Shown here in pieces: positions 1-8,085 of a stretch of DNA of 64,000 nt. Source of the DNA: an uncultured Myxococcales bacterium. Its GTDB lineage: Bacteria > Myxococcota > UBA4151. The stretch covers positions 50,402 through 114,401 of the forward strand of contig CAXGWI010000001.1 of NCBI GenBank assembly GCA_964013405.1, given 5' to 3'. Under the pieces are notes generated by a model. The model saw only the letters and a program-made list of their open reading frames with translations, did not search any database and had not been told where the DNA came from. Position 1 is the first letter of the stretch. Each line of letters begins with the position of its first letter. Both the position numbers and the translations under genes were made by a program.

Positions 1-2027
1 TCCAAGGCCGGCCGGCCTTGGGGCAGGATACGCAGACTCGTTGGTTTCGGCGAATCGACCGTGCCCCCCACCGCATCCATCTGCAGCGTGATGTAATCCT
101 GTCGAGCCCGTTGGTTCTGAGACATTTCTACCGTTCGTACCCGACACGCGCGCTGACCGGCCGGGACTCGGCCTACAACGAACTCAAGTTCATTCAGGGA
201 GCCATGGGCACTGACCGTCCGGCCATGAACACGGTAGAGATCACTGTCCGATGGATTGACCACACAGAGTTTTAGGTCGACCGACTCACCGGCCTGCACC
301 TTGCCTTGCACGGAAAGTTCGGCCCGAGCCTTCACCCCTTGGCCACGATCCGACGGGGACGGAGGCTCCCAGGCGATCTCTTGTGACTTAAGGGCCGCGG
401 TAATCAGCGCATCCTGTTCGAGACGAACACGATCGAGTTCTTGGGTGATTCGACGGTAGAAGGTGTCGGCCTTCGCTGCACCGCCGGTGAGGAGCAGGCG
501 GCGAGCCAAGCGAATCTCGAAATCCTCGGCGATCTCCCCAGCATTCTCCTGCCGTGTCTGCTCATCCTGATCCATCGCTTCTTCGGCGAGGTAGGCGATG
601 GTGGACCGCACCCGCTGGGCCTGGGTCGAGCCGTGGTCGAGACTGCGATTTAAGTCGGACTCACGGGTCGTCTCCGGGGGCCTTAGGGCGATGAAATCTT
701 CCTCAACTTGAGCGGCCTGTAGACGGATATCGGGGACGATACCCGTCCCTTGGATGCTCACGCCTCCAGGTGTCAGGTAGTGGGCGATGGTTAACTTCAG
801 CGCGGTCCCTTCCACCTTGGTCCGACGGGGATGGAATGGAATGATCGTCTGGACGGAGCCCTTGCCGAAGCTCTGCTGCCCGAGCAGCAGCGCCCGCCCA
901 TGATTTCGAAGTGCGCCGGCCACGATCTCTGAGGCGGAGGCCGACCCAGCGCTCAAGAGGACAACGATGGGCAGATCTGTAAGCGAGCCCGCCTCGTGGG
1001 CATAGCGGGGCTGGCTCATCTGGTCGCCAAAACCTTCAGTGGTGACGATGACTCCCTTGTTCAAGAAGAGGTCCGAAATACTCACTGCCTGCTCAAGAAG
1101 CCCACCTGGGTTATCCCGGAGGTCGAGAATCAGGCCCTTGGTCGCGCCGCCTTGGCGCATCTTCGCCAGGGCTGTGACCGCCTCATCGGTGGTGTTTTCT
1201 CGAAAACTCTTCAGTCGCAGATAACCGACACCATCCCCGAGAATCTTATGGCTGACGGAGCGCACTTTGATAATTCGGCGAGTCAGTTCTTTCTCGATGG
1301 GCCGCTGGGCACCTTTACGACGAATCTGAATCGTCACCTTGGTTCCAGGCCTGCCACGCAACAGCCCGACCGCCTCTTCGAGGGTCATGTTTTCCGTCGT
1401 CTCATCGTTGATTTGAATGATCTGATCACGGGCCCGAATACCGGCCTTCGACGCCGGGGTATCTGGTATGGGCGAGATGACAGTAAGCCAACCGTCTCGT
1501 TGCCCAATCACAATCCCCAAGCCACCAAACTGCCCTTGGGTCGATACCTTCATCTCTTCGTACTCTTGTGGAGAGAACATGACAGAGTGAGGGTCGAGCG
1601 TACCAAGCATGCCATTGATGGCCTTGAGCTCGACGTCTTGAGCTTTGACATCCTCAGGCAGGTGGAGCGCGACGTAATCCAGAGAGCGCTTCAAGGTCAT
1701 GAAGGCTTCCCAGATGGACGCCATGCGTTCCACATTCAACGTCAAGGGAGGCGCACCAACCATCTGCAAATAGACCTGGCCAGGCAACTTCGACTCGTCA
1801 AAAACCAACTCTGGGACCACAGACTCCACACTGCGGAGCGAATGGGTCACCATTTCCTTCGGCTGAAATCGAGCCGGCTTCACGTAGCCCTTGGTCAGTT
1901 CGAGGATCGCCCAACTCAACTGCTCGGTCGCGCGCAGTTGCCGAGCCTCCTCCTGCTGAGACATGACCCCAAGAACAGGGTTCAGGCTGTTGGCGACGAG
2001 GTAGACCAGAAAGAATGAGTTAAGCAT
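1..2027 (-). CDS. S41-family carboxyl-terminal processing protease (Ctp/Prc-like); the C-terminus runs off the window edge
   Basis: Manual translation of the minus strand from the ATG at 2027-2025 gives MLNSFFLVYLVANSL... with a PDZ region. The S41 catalytic motifs GLILDLRDNPGG and SASASEIVAGAL...GKGSVQ are present. The frame stays open to position 1. It is absent from the ORF track only because no stop codon falls inside the window. The plus-strand ORF 996..2018 is its shadow. Confidence 0.85.
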   Translation of the reverse strand, partial: MLNSFFLVYLVANSLNPVLGVMSQQEEARQLRATEQLSWAILELTKGYVKPARFQPKEMVTHSLRSVESVVPELVFDESKLPGQVYLQMVGAPPLTLNVERMASIWEAFMTLKRSLDYVALHLPEDVKAQDVELKAINGMLGTLDPHSVMFSPQEYEEMKVSTQGQFGGLGIVIGQRDGWLTVISPIPDTPASKAGIRARDQIIQINDETTENMTLEEAVGLLRGRPGTKVTIQIRRKGAQRPIEKELTRRIIKVRSVSHKILGDGVGYLRLKSFRENTTDEAVTALAKMRQGGATKGLILDLRDNPGGLLEQAVSISDLFLNKGVIVTTEGFGDQMSQPRYAHEAGSLTDLPIVVLLSAGSASASEIVAGALRNHGRALLLGQQSFGKGSVQTIIPFHPRRTKVEGTALKLTIAHYLTPGGVSIQGTGIVPDIRLQAAQVEEDFIALRPPETTRESDLNRSLDHGSTQAQRVRSTIAYLAEEAMDQDEQTRQENAGEIAEDFEIRLARRLLLTGGAAKADTFYRRITQELDRVRLEQDALITAALKSQEIAWEPPSPSDRGQGVKARAELSVQGKVQAGESVDLKLCVVNPSDSDLYRVHGRTVSAHGSLNELEFVVGRVPAGQRACRVRTVEMSQNQRARQDYITLQMDAVGGTVDSPKPTSLRILPQGRPAL

Positions 2028-2034
2028 GGGATCT

Positions 2035-2691
2035 CTAAGCTGGAGCCGGAGGAGGGTCACCGAGAATAGCAGTCGTGAAGCGCTCCGCACCAGCTTCATC
2101 CACCTCACCGGACTGAAAGGCGGTGTCGAGCAATCCAGAGAGTTTCTCCAGATCAACTCCTTTAACGACTGGAACCGAAATAGATTCTGGCAGACCTGCT
2201 TCGGCATCGGCCAGACTCATGAGCCAACGGTGCACATCATCCAATGCCAGTTCCGTCTCGGGCTCCAGCCAGCGATTCAAACGTTGCACAAGGGCTTCGA
2301 CGCTCGACGCCTGTTGCCAAAGACTAAATGGGTGAATGGCGAGTTCTTGCATTTCGGGTTCTGGGTCGGCTGCGAGGGCCACATCGACCAACTCGGCATG
2401 GAGCAGACCGAAGCCGATACCAAGCCGCATCAGCGGACCTAGAATGAAGTGATCCCGATCTTCATGGCGGATGAGACGATTAACGACCTCGAAGAAGTCC
2501 TGCCCGTGGAGACGATCCGCCCAGGCCTTCCCCATGGGCTTCGGATCGAGTCGAGGACAATTGAGCAGTAAAACACCGAGACAGGCCATATCCGGGTTGC
2601 GCTTCAAAGCCTCAGCGGTCCGGCCACCGGCCGGCAAGACCTTTAAGTTGGCCTGTAGCAGGGCCAAATGAGCCAGCGGGTGAAGGGACAC
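2035..2691 (-). CDS. hypothetical acidic protein; start uncertain (GTG at 2691 or ATG at 2589)
   Basis: The ORF 2035..2937 runs on the minus strand. Its N-terminal 60-115 codons overlap the aldolase gene, so the real start must be internal. The C-terminal part (…DPEPEMQELAIHPFSLWQQ…GEVDEAGAERF…) has plausible protein composition. Only 7 nt separate its stop from the downstream protease ATG. Confidence 0.45.
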   Translation of the reverse strand: MSLHPLAHLALLQANLKVLPAGGRTAEALKRNPDMACLGVLLLNCPRLDPKPMGKAWADRLHGQDFFEVVNRLIRHEDRDHFILGPLMRLGIGFGLLHAELVDVALAADPEPEMQELAIHPFSLWQQASSVEALVQRLNRWLEPETELALDDVHRWLMSLADAEAGLPESISVPVVKGVDLEKLSGLLDTAFQSGEVDEAGAERFTTAILGDPPPAPA

Positions 2692-2746
2692 GAATAGCCT
2701 CTCTCCGTAGGAGTCTAGTCCCAAGGCGCCGAACTCGGCAAGATTT

Positions 2747-3397
2747 CTAGGGCAAAAGTGACGGCGCTGCGAGACCCGCGCGCCGATGCTTATCCGATAA
2801 TGCCTCGATCTCCTCGGGTGGCAACCGGGTTGGTCCGCCCAAAGGAACCGACCGCAGCGCGATCGAAGCCAGGTGCTCAAGAAGTTCCATCCGAGCCAGT
2901 GCCATGGTGAGATCAAGGCCCCAGGCGAGCGGACCATGACCCATTAGGAGGGCTGCATTGGCTGCGCGAGCAGCATCGTGGACAGCCTGGCTCATGCCCT
3001 CTGCGCCCGGTCGATGATAAGGAACGTGGGCGATCTTCGGCCCGAGACTCACGATGGCCTCCGGCATAAAATCGATCGCCAGTTCACGACCACTCACAGC
3101 GAAAGCCGTCGATGAAGGCGCATGACAATGGATCACCGCCCCCATCCCGGGTCGAGCTTGAAACACGGCCCGATGCAACTGCCATTCACTAAACACGCGA
3201 TGCCGCCCCGAGAGTACCTTCCCGTCGATATCGATCACCAGCAGATCGGCCGAGCCGATGTCCCCTTTGCGGAAAGCGGTCGGCGTGACCAGAAATCGAT
3301 TGCCTGGGAGGCGCATGCTGATGTTGCCGTCATGATTGGCAACAAAGCCTTTTTGGTCGAGCCATTGGCAGGCCCTCAGCAACTCCTCAGCGCTCAC
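2747..3397 (-). CDS. class II aldolase/adducin-family protein (fuculose-/ribulose-phosphate aldolase-like) with a C-terminal extension
   Basis: A 216-aa protein. The motifs GFVANHDGNISMR, VIHCHAPSSTAF and MGHGPLAWG are typical of the class II aldolase fold and its His metal ligands. Its ATG overlaps the stop of the upstream BMC-P gene (ATGA). Confidence 0.85.
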   Translation of the reverse strand: MSAEELLRACQWLDQKGFVANHDGNISMRLPGNRFLVTPTAFRKGDIGSADLLVIDIDGKVLSGRHRVFSEWQLHRAVFQARPGMGAVIHCHAPSSTAFAVSGRELAIDFMPEAIVSLGPKIAHVPYHRPGAEGMSQAVHDAARAANAALLMGHGPLAWGLDLTMALARMELLEHLASIALRSVPLGGPTRLPPEEIEALSDKHRRAGLAAPSLLP

Positions 3398-3645
3398 GCG
3401 GTCGTCACCTCGTCGACGATCCCGATGATCAATGAGCGAACAGGGGGCTGCCCCCCCAGGATCTGCCGGACCCCGTTGCCCTCCCGCATCACGAGAACTC
3501 GTTCGCCCGGCGCCGCACCGACGCGATCAACGGCGATCAAGTCTTCGTCGCCATGCTCAGGACGAACCATTTTGATGGGTAAGCCATCGTAGCCAGGATG
3601 GTGCTGATCAGCGGTCACACTGCCGAGGACCTTGGCGATGATCAT
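3394..3645 (-). CDS. bacterial microcompartment vertex protein BMC-P (EutN/CcmL/PduN family), copy 2
   Basis: An internal Met start gives MIIAKVLGSVTADQHHPGYDGLPIKMVRPE…RVLVMREGNGVR…LIIGIVDEV (83 aa). This is a typical Pfam PF03319-like pentamer protein. The ATGA overlap at 3642-3645 with the upstream paralog was verified in the sequence (tcat on the plus strand). Confidence 0.8.
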   Translation of the reverse strand: MIIAKVLGSVTADQHHPGYDGLPIKMVRPEHGDEDLIAVDRVGAAPGERVLVMREGNGVRQILGGQPPVRSLIIGIVDEVTTA

Positions 3646-3917
3646 CCCTCCACCTCCCGGTGTGCATCGTCCACAATACCGATGACGGCCAGATCCACCG
3701 GCACGAAAGTCGGTCGACAACCAAGAGCAGCCTCTCTGCTGCCAACAAGGACCACTCTTTGTCCCAGCGAACTGCTCACCGTATCAACGGCCACCTCGAG
3801 CCCCCCCAAAGGCCTACCGTCATGATCTTCCCGCTGCACCAATCGGAACGTGAAGCCATTCATGGAAGGGAGCTTCCTCGTCGCCACAACGGTCCCTTTG
3901 ATCACACCGAACTGCAT
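3642..3917 (-). CDS. bacterial microcompartment vertex protein BMC-P (EutN/CcmL/PduN family), copy 1
   Basis: MQFGVIKGTVVATRKLPSMNGFTFRLVQ…VVLVGSREAA…AVIGIVDD is the canonical EutN/CcmL N-terminus and length (91 aa). An AGGAG Shine-Dalgarno lies 8 nt upstream, inside the 3' end of the preceding gene. Confidence 0.85.
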   Translation of the reverse strand: MQFGVIKGTVVATRKLPSMNGFTFRLVQREDHDGRPLGGLEVAVDTVSSSLGQRVVLVGSREAALGCRPTFVPVDLAVIGIVDDAHREVEG

Positions 3918-3922
3918 GCAGG

Positions 3923-5899
3923 TTATCTCCTAGGTAACTTCAACGGGATGATAAACACGGCGGGATCACCGGGGAAAGTGGGGAAACGCCAACGCTGAGC
4001 CCGATTGATGATACATTTCGTCACCGGCAGGCCTTCGTACACTGGCGTTAATGCCGAGACCGAACTGACCCGCCCCGTGGGCTGGACGGTCAATTCAAGC
4101 TTCAACTCACCGTGCAGGGCCTCTTGTCGTGTCATGGCCCGGGAGGCGCAGTTGTTGAGGGCTTTGATCCCTCGCTTGAAGACCCGATTGATGTCCTCCG
4201 CATCGAGTTCGGACTTTCTTCCCGGTTGCGGTGTCAGTCGGACCTTCGCCAGTGGAATACGGACGGTCCCGAGGGCCTCTTGCAAGGTTGCCATGCGACG
4301 TAGATCGGAGTCACTCACCTTCGCTTTTTGACGAAGTTCCCGCTCCCGTCGAACAGCTGGGTCTTCATCCACCTTGCGCTTCTTCGTCTTTGCGGATTTC
4401 CGACGCCGCTTCGAGGCCGCTTTCTGCTGGGCCTCCGCCGCCCGTTCCTCCTCCTCGATCGCATCCATCTCAGCCTGAATCAGATGCTCTCCCGAAAGGA
4501 ACTGCATCAGGGCCTGGTGGTCTTCCGCAGCAATCGATGTGCCCTTGCGGTATGCGAGCACTTTCGCCGGCTGGGCCGGGTCTCCATAGGTCGTTCGAAT
4601 CGTGTCGACGACCGGCAACTTAATGATGTCGGCCATGGCGATCTCGGCGAGCGCCGAGGAACTGAAAGGCTTGAATGTGGGGTGACCCTGGGGGCAGTCA
4701 AAGTCATCCGCCATGGTCGCTCCGGCATCCGCTCCCGCCGGAGCTAAACTTTCACAGCCTCGGAAATTCGCCGTTCCAATGCGCACCTGAACCAAGTCGC
4801 CGGGGATCGCCTTGAGATCGACGAGGTAGTTTTGCTCCTCAAAGAGTGGGGCCCAGGCCAGGCGTTCTGAAATACCGGCCCCAACCACCATCCTCTCCCG
4901 TAGACTCGCCCCGGCCGCATCGCCAAGAACCAATAGGCGAACGAAGCTGCGCCGGCCAAGTTTGTTGACGCTCTCCACGGTCATGCCTCCTTGGCCAAAG
5001 GGCGAAGGCAACCAGCCCAGCGTCACACTCCCCACGTAGCCAAAGATCATCAGGACCAGGGTCAGAAGAATAATAAGACGACGACGCTTGCCCTGCTCAA
5101 GACCACTGGCCAGCAAAAACATCCGGGTTTCTTCACCGATCGTGTTGCTCGTCGACTCACTCAGGTCGACATGGTCCGATGCGACGGCAGGGCTGGGCTC
5201 CTGTTCAGCGTGCCCACCGAACGGTGTCGATGGCCCCGTTGCGGACGGTTGCGCCTCGACCACCGGCTGCACACCACTGACCCCTGGCTCTTGAACGGGC
5301 GCAGACGAGGAAGCCTCGCCACGGGATTCACGCCGACGGGGAGCCGGGGATGAAGCCTCTGCTGCCCGTTGGTCCGGTGGCCCATCATAGGTGGTTGCAT
5401 CGGGATCGATGGGCCCCGAAGACTCGACCTGGGCCTGACTACCTTGACCGGCCTCGTCGACGAAGACGGCGAGTTCGGGCAGATCTCGAACGGGGCGCCA
5501 ATCCCCCATGCCCGCGTGCCAGGCGTGATCCGTCGGACGAAAACGCCCCTCGCGCAAGGCCTGGGCAACCTCCGACTCCCCCATAGGGCCGTAACGCTGC
5601 CCCTCCCGAGCCAGGTACCACTTCTTAGGGACGGGACTTTCATCAGCCCCCGACGAGTTACGAGAGAGAAAGGCCCGGAGATCGTGGGCAGAGATGCTGT
5701 CCATCGAGCCCATCGACCGGGCCGGGTCACGGACGACCATGATCTCCTGACAGGCCCGGCAACGGATTTTGAGGATCCGCCCCCGAACTGTATCGTCGGA
5801 GATGCTGTATTTTGCGCCGCAGTGCTCGCAGCGAAACTTCACGTGGCGTGCACCCCAGTCATCCGTCCATCTTATAGAGGAGATGGACGGAACAAACAA
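3923..5899 (-). CDS. GltJ/AgmX-like protein with an N-terminal MJ0042-type zinc ribbon, a GYF-like domain, a single TM helix, a K/R-rich linker and an AgmX/PglI-type C-terminal domain
   Basis: The zinc ribbon is FRCEHCGAKY…IRCRACQ. The GYF-like region is WYLAREGQRYGPMGESEVAQALREGRF…HAWHAGMGDWRPV. The TM helix is LIILLTLVLMIFGYVGSVTLGWL. The C-terminal domain reads …NNCASRAMTRQEALHGELKLELTVQPTGRVS…CIINRAQRWRFPTF. This architecture matches the myxobacterial gliding-motility protein GltJ (AgmX). Confidence 0.7.
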   Translation of the reverse strand: MFVPSISSIRWTDDWGARHVKFRCEHCGAKYSISDDTVRGRILKIRCRACQEIMVVRDPARSMGSMDSISAHDLRAFLSRNSSGADESPVPKKWYLAREGQRYGPMGESEVAQALREGRFRPTDHAWHAGMGDWRPVRDLPELAVFVDEAGQGSQAQVESSGPIDPDATTYDGPPDQRAAEASSPAPRRRESRGEASSSAPVQEPGVSGVQPVVEAQPSATGPSTPFGGHAEQEPSPAVASDHVDLSESTSNTIGEETRMFLLASGLEQGKRRRLIILLTLVLMIFGYVGSVTLGWLPSPFGQGGMTVESVNKLGRRSFVRLLVLGDAAGASLRERMVVGAGISERLAWAPLFEEQNYLVDLKAIPGDLVQVRIGTANFRGCESLAPAGADAGATMADDFDCPQGHPTFKPFSSSALAEIAMADIIKLPVVDTIRTTYGDPAQPAKVLAYRKGTSIAAEDHQALMQFLSGEHLIQAEMDAIEEEERAAEAQQKAASKRRRKSAKTKKRKVDEDPAVRRERELRQKAKVSDSDLRRMATLQEALGTVRIPLAKVRLTPQPGRKSELDAEDINRVFKRGIKALNNCASRAMTRQEALHGELKLELTVQPTGRVSSVSALTPVYEGLPVTKCIINRAQRWRFPTFPGDPAVFIIPLKLPRR

Positions 5900-5953
5900 A
5901 AGGGTTTGTCCTGTAAGGATGTTTTAGGGGACATCAGGCCTTAGGGAGGTGGT
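5900..5953. promoter_or_regulatory. 54-bp divergent intergenic region, expected to hold promoters for the gltJ-like/BMC operon (minus) and lptF (plus)
   Basis: This is the only non-coding gap bounding the 5' ends of both operons. No motif was confirmed. Confidence 0.3.
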
Positions 5954-7015
5954 TTGCTACTCGTCTGGACCCTAGCTCGGCAAATGGCCGCCAACGCATT
6001 ACTCAGCTTCGCCCTGCTGTTCGTCACCGTCCTGAGCAGTCAGTTGTTGCGTCTCGGTCCCCTCGTCCTCGCCGGCATGAGCGATCCGCTCGGCTTCCTC
6101 AGCGTCCTTCTCGACACCCTGCCGCGGATTCTGGCCATGGCCCTTCCCTTCTCTCTTCCTCTGGGCGCATTCCTCACCGTCGACCGCTTGGAGCGGCGTT
6201 CCTTGGGCGACGCCATTCGAGCCCTCGGCATGCCAGCGACCCGAGTCTGGCTGCGGGCCGGTTGGCTGACAGGTCTTGGCGGTGCACTCTTGATCATCCC
6301 CTTCGCCTGGCTCCTCGAAGCAGAAGCAGCCAAGGCTTTTCCTCGGCACGCCCTTACCCTGGCTCAGGAGTCCGTCATCGAACGTATTCAGCCGGGCCAA
6401 GTGGTGCCGATGACCGATGAGCTTTCCTTCTACGCTGGACCTCGAAACCAGCGAGGGGATTTCGACCATCTCACGGTCTTGTTTGAAGAGAACGTGCTCG
6501 CCGGTCGAGATGGGCGGCTGGAAGGATTAGGGACCCAGGCCCTTGGTCTCTACTTGGCCGAAGCCGAACTCTGGCAAAGTACCAATCAAGGCCCGGTCCG
6601 CTCCACGGCGCGAGAGGTCCATGTTCGGCTGCCCGTCAGTCGCAATATCATTCGAAACATGAGTTTCTTTGCCGATCGGGAACGCCTCTCCCTCGCCCAG
6701 TTGATTAAAAGTCCGAGTACGGACCGGGAGGGCCGACGGCGCCAACACCTCGGATGGACGCGGCTTTTGGCGCCCTTGTTCACCTTAATACTGCCCGTCT
6801 TTAGTATTGCCTGTGCCCTTCTCGCACCGCCAAGGGCCCGTATCCTCTGTGGTCTAGCTGCCACGGTCTTGGTGATCGGGGTGCACCTGGCTAGCGAGTC
6901 CTTAACCCTTGCAGGGTGGCCAGCCCCGCTGGTGGCGGGCTTGGCCCCCTTGATCGCCCTGATACCCATTCTTCTAGCGCTCCGTGCTGAAGACCGTCGA
7001 GGTGTCCAAGGATGA
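5954..7015 (+). CDS. LptF/LptG-family LPS export permease (YjgP/YjgQ)
   Basis: A 353-aa protein with an N-terminal TM bundle, a periplasmic beta-jellyroll-like middle region and C-terminal TM helices. It is paired with a paralog immediately downstream through an ATGA overlap at 7012-7015. Confidence 0.7.
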   Translation: MLLVWTLARQMAANALLSFALLFVTVLSSQLLRLGPLVLAGMSDPLGFLSVLLDTLPRILAMALPFSLPLGAFLTVDRLERRSLGDAIRALGMPATRVWLRAGWLTGLGGALLIIPFAWLLEAEAAKAFPRHALTLAQESVIERIQPGQVVPMTDELSFYAGPRNQRGDFDHLTVLFEENVLAGRDGRLEGLGTQALGLYLAEAELWQSTNQGPVRSTAREVHVRLPVSRNIIRNMSFFADRERLSLAQLIKSPSTDREGRRRQHLGWTRLLAPLFTLILPVFSIACALLAPPRARILCGLAATVLVIGVHLASESLTLAGWPAPLVAGLAPLIALIPILLALRAEDRRGVQG

Positions 7016-8085
7016 CGCACTTGATGATCCCGCTGGCGAGCCACCTAACGAGAGTCCTCACGGTCACGCTCCTGATTTTAATCTCCGGTTGGCTCGTGGT
7101 GGATGCAGCCGAGATGGGACGCCATATGGTTGAAGTCGACGGGGCCGTCATCTTCGATCTCTACAGTTATCGCCTCCCGGTCTTCCTCCATCGACTCACC
7201 CCAGTGGCGATGGTCCTTGCCGCGGGCCTGACACTTGGCACCTGGGCCAGTCGACGCTACCTCCAAGCATCGGCTGCCCTCGGCGCGGAGATTCATGCGC
7301 CTGCGCTCCTCGTCACCCTCCTCCTCAGCCCAGTAGCCATTTTTTGGGGCTGGGCCGGAACCGACGCGATCCCCCGTATGCACAAACAGCAGAACGAGAT
7401 CCTCTTCGAAAAGTTTCGGATTGGCGGTATCCACTACTGGAACCTGCACCAGCCGACCGGGCTCTTGCTCGAGCCCCCATGGCTCGTCCGCTTCAAACCG
7501 GAAGGTCCCACGCGGATTCGGGACGTCGAAGGCGTTCGACTGCGACGGGGCGAAGTTCTCGGCCTTGTTTTCGCACCCACTGCAGAACGAATCGGCCGCG
7601 ACTGGATCGCGCCGGAGATCACCCATTCTCACTATCGCAAAGGAAAGCTGATCCAGCGGGTTCGCTCCAATGGAACATTGCCCTTTTTAGATACAGGAAT
7701 GAGCGTGAGTCACGCCCTTGGCTTTCCCGAGGAGTTCGGCAGCGACGAACTCAGCGAAGTGGCCCACCGAGCGAAATTGGCAGGTAGTGACCCCCGGGCC
7801 TACAACTACGAGGCCTGGCGGCGCCCCTCGAGCGTCCTCTTGCTCCTTTTAACCATGCTCACTGCCGCGATGATCGGCGCCCGAGTCCCCACCGGTAGTG
7901 GTTTCAATCTCATCCTCGCCCGCTCCGCCATGTGTGCTGCATTTTATGAGGCCTTCGCATTTTTCGGCGCGGCCTTGGGCTTGATCATTCCCCGGGGCAG
8001 AGAAGCCATCGCTGCTTGGCTGCCGATCTTTCTTATTGCCATATTTGCGAGTTGGGCTTCGGCCCGACTCGGACGGGCCCGCTGA
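7012..8085 (+). CDS. LptF/LptG-family LPS export permease, second paralog
   Basis: A 357-aa protein with the same topology as the upstream gene. The tandem lptF-lptG arrangement is typical. Confidence 0.7.
   Translation: MTHLMIPLASHLTRVLTVTLLILISGWLVVDAAEMGRHMVEVDGAVIFDLYSYRLPVFLHRLTPVAMVLAAGLTLGTWASRRYLQASAALGAEIHAPALLVTLLLSPVAIFWGWAGTDAIPRMHKQQNEILFEKFRIGGIHYWNLHQPTGLLLEPPWLVRFKPEGPTRIRDVEGVRLRRGEVLGLVFAPTAERIGRDWIAPEITHSHYRKGKLIQRVRSNGTLPFLDTGMSVSHALGFPEEFGSDELSEVAHRAKLAGSDPRAYNYEAWRRPSSVLLLLLTMLTAAMIGARVPTGSGFNLILARSAMCAAFYEAFAFFGAALGLIIPRGREAIAAWLPIFLIAIFASWASARLGRAR

Noticed and set aside
996-2018. 340-aa plus-strand ORF (plus 18..275, 256..459 and 441..653)
   Set aside because: These are shadows on the opposite strand of the S41 protease gene. 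The minus-strand frame has unmistakable Ctp motifs (DLRDNPGG, SASASEI, GKGS), while the plus-strand products have no recognisable similarity and are Arg-rich.
5161-5944. Several 60-190-aa ORFs on both strands (5161..5730 -, 5369..5944 +, 5350..5586 +)
   Set aside because: They are embedded in the gltJ-like gene. Pro/Arg-rich translations typical of alternative frames in GC-rich DNA.
8016-8084. Upstream extension of the Ser/Thr kinase ORF (MAADLSYCHICELGF…)
   Set aside because: It overlaps the last 70 nt of lptG. The Met at 8085 gives a typical kinase N-terminus and a TGATG coupling.
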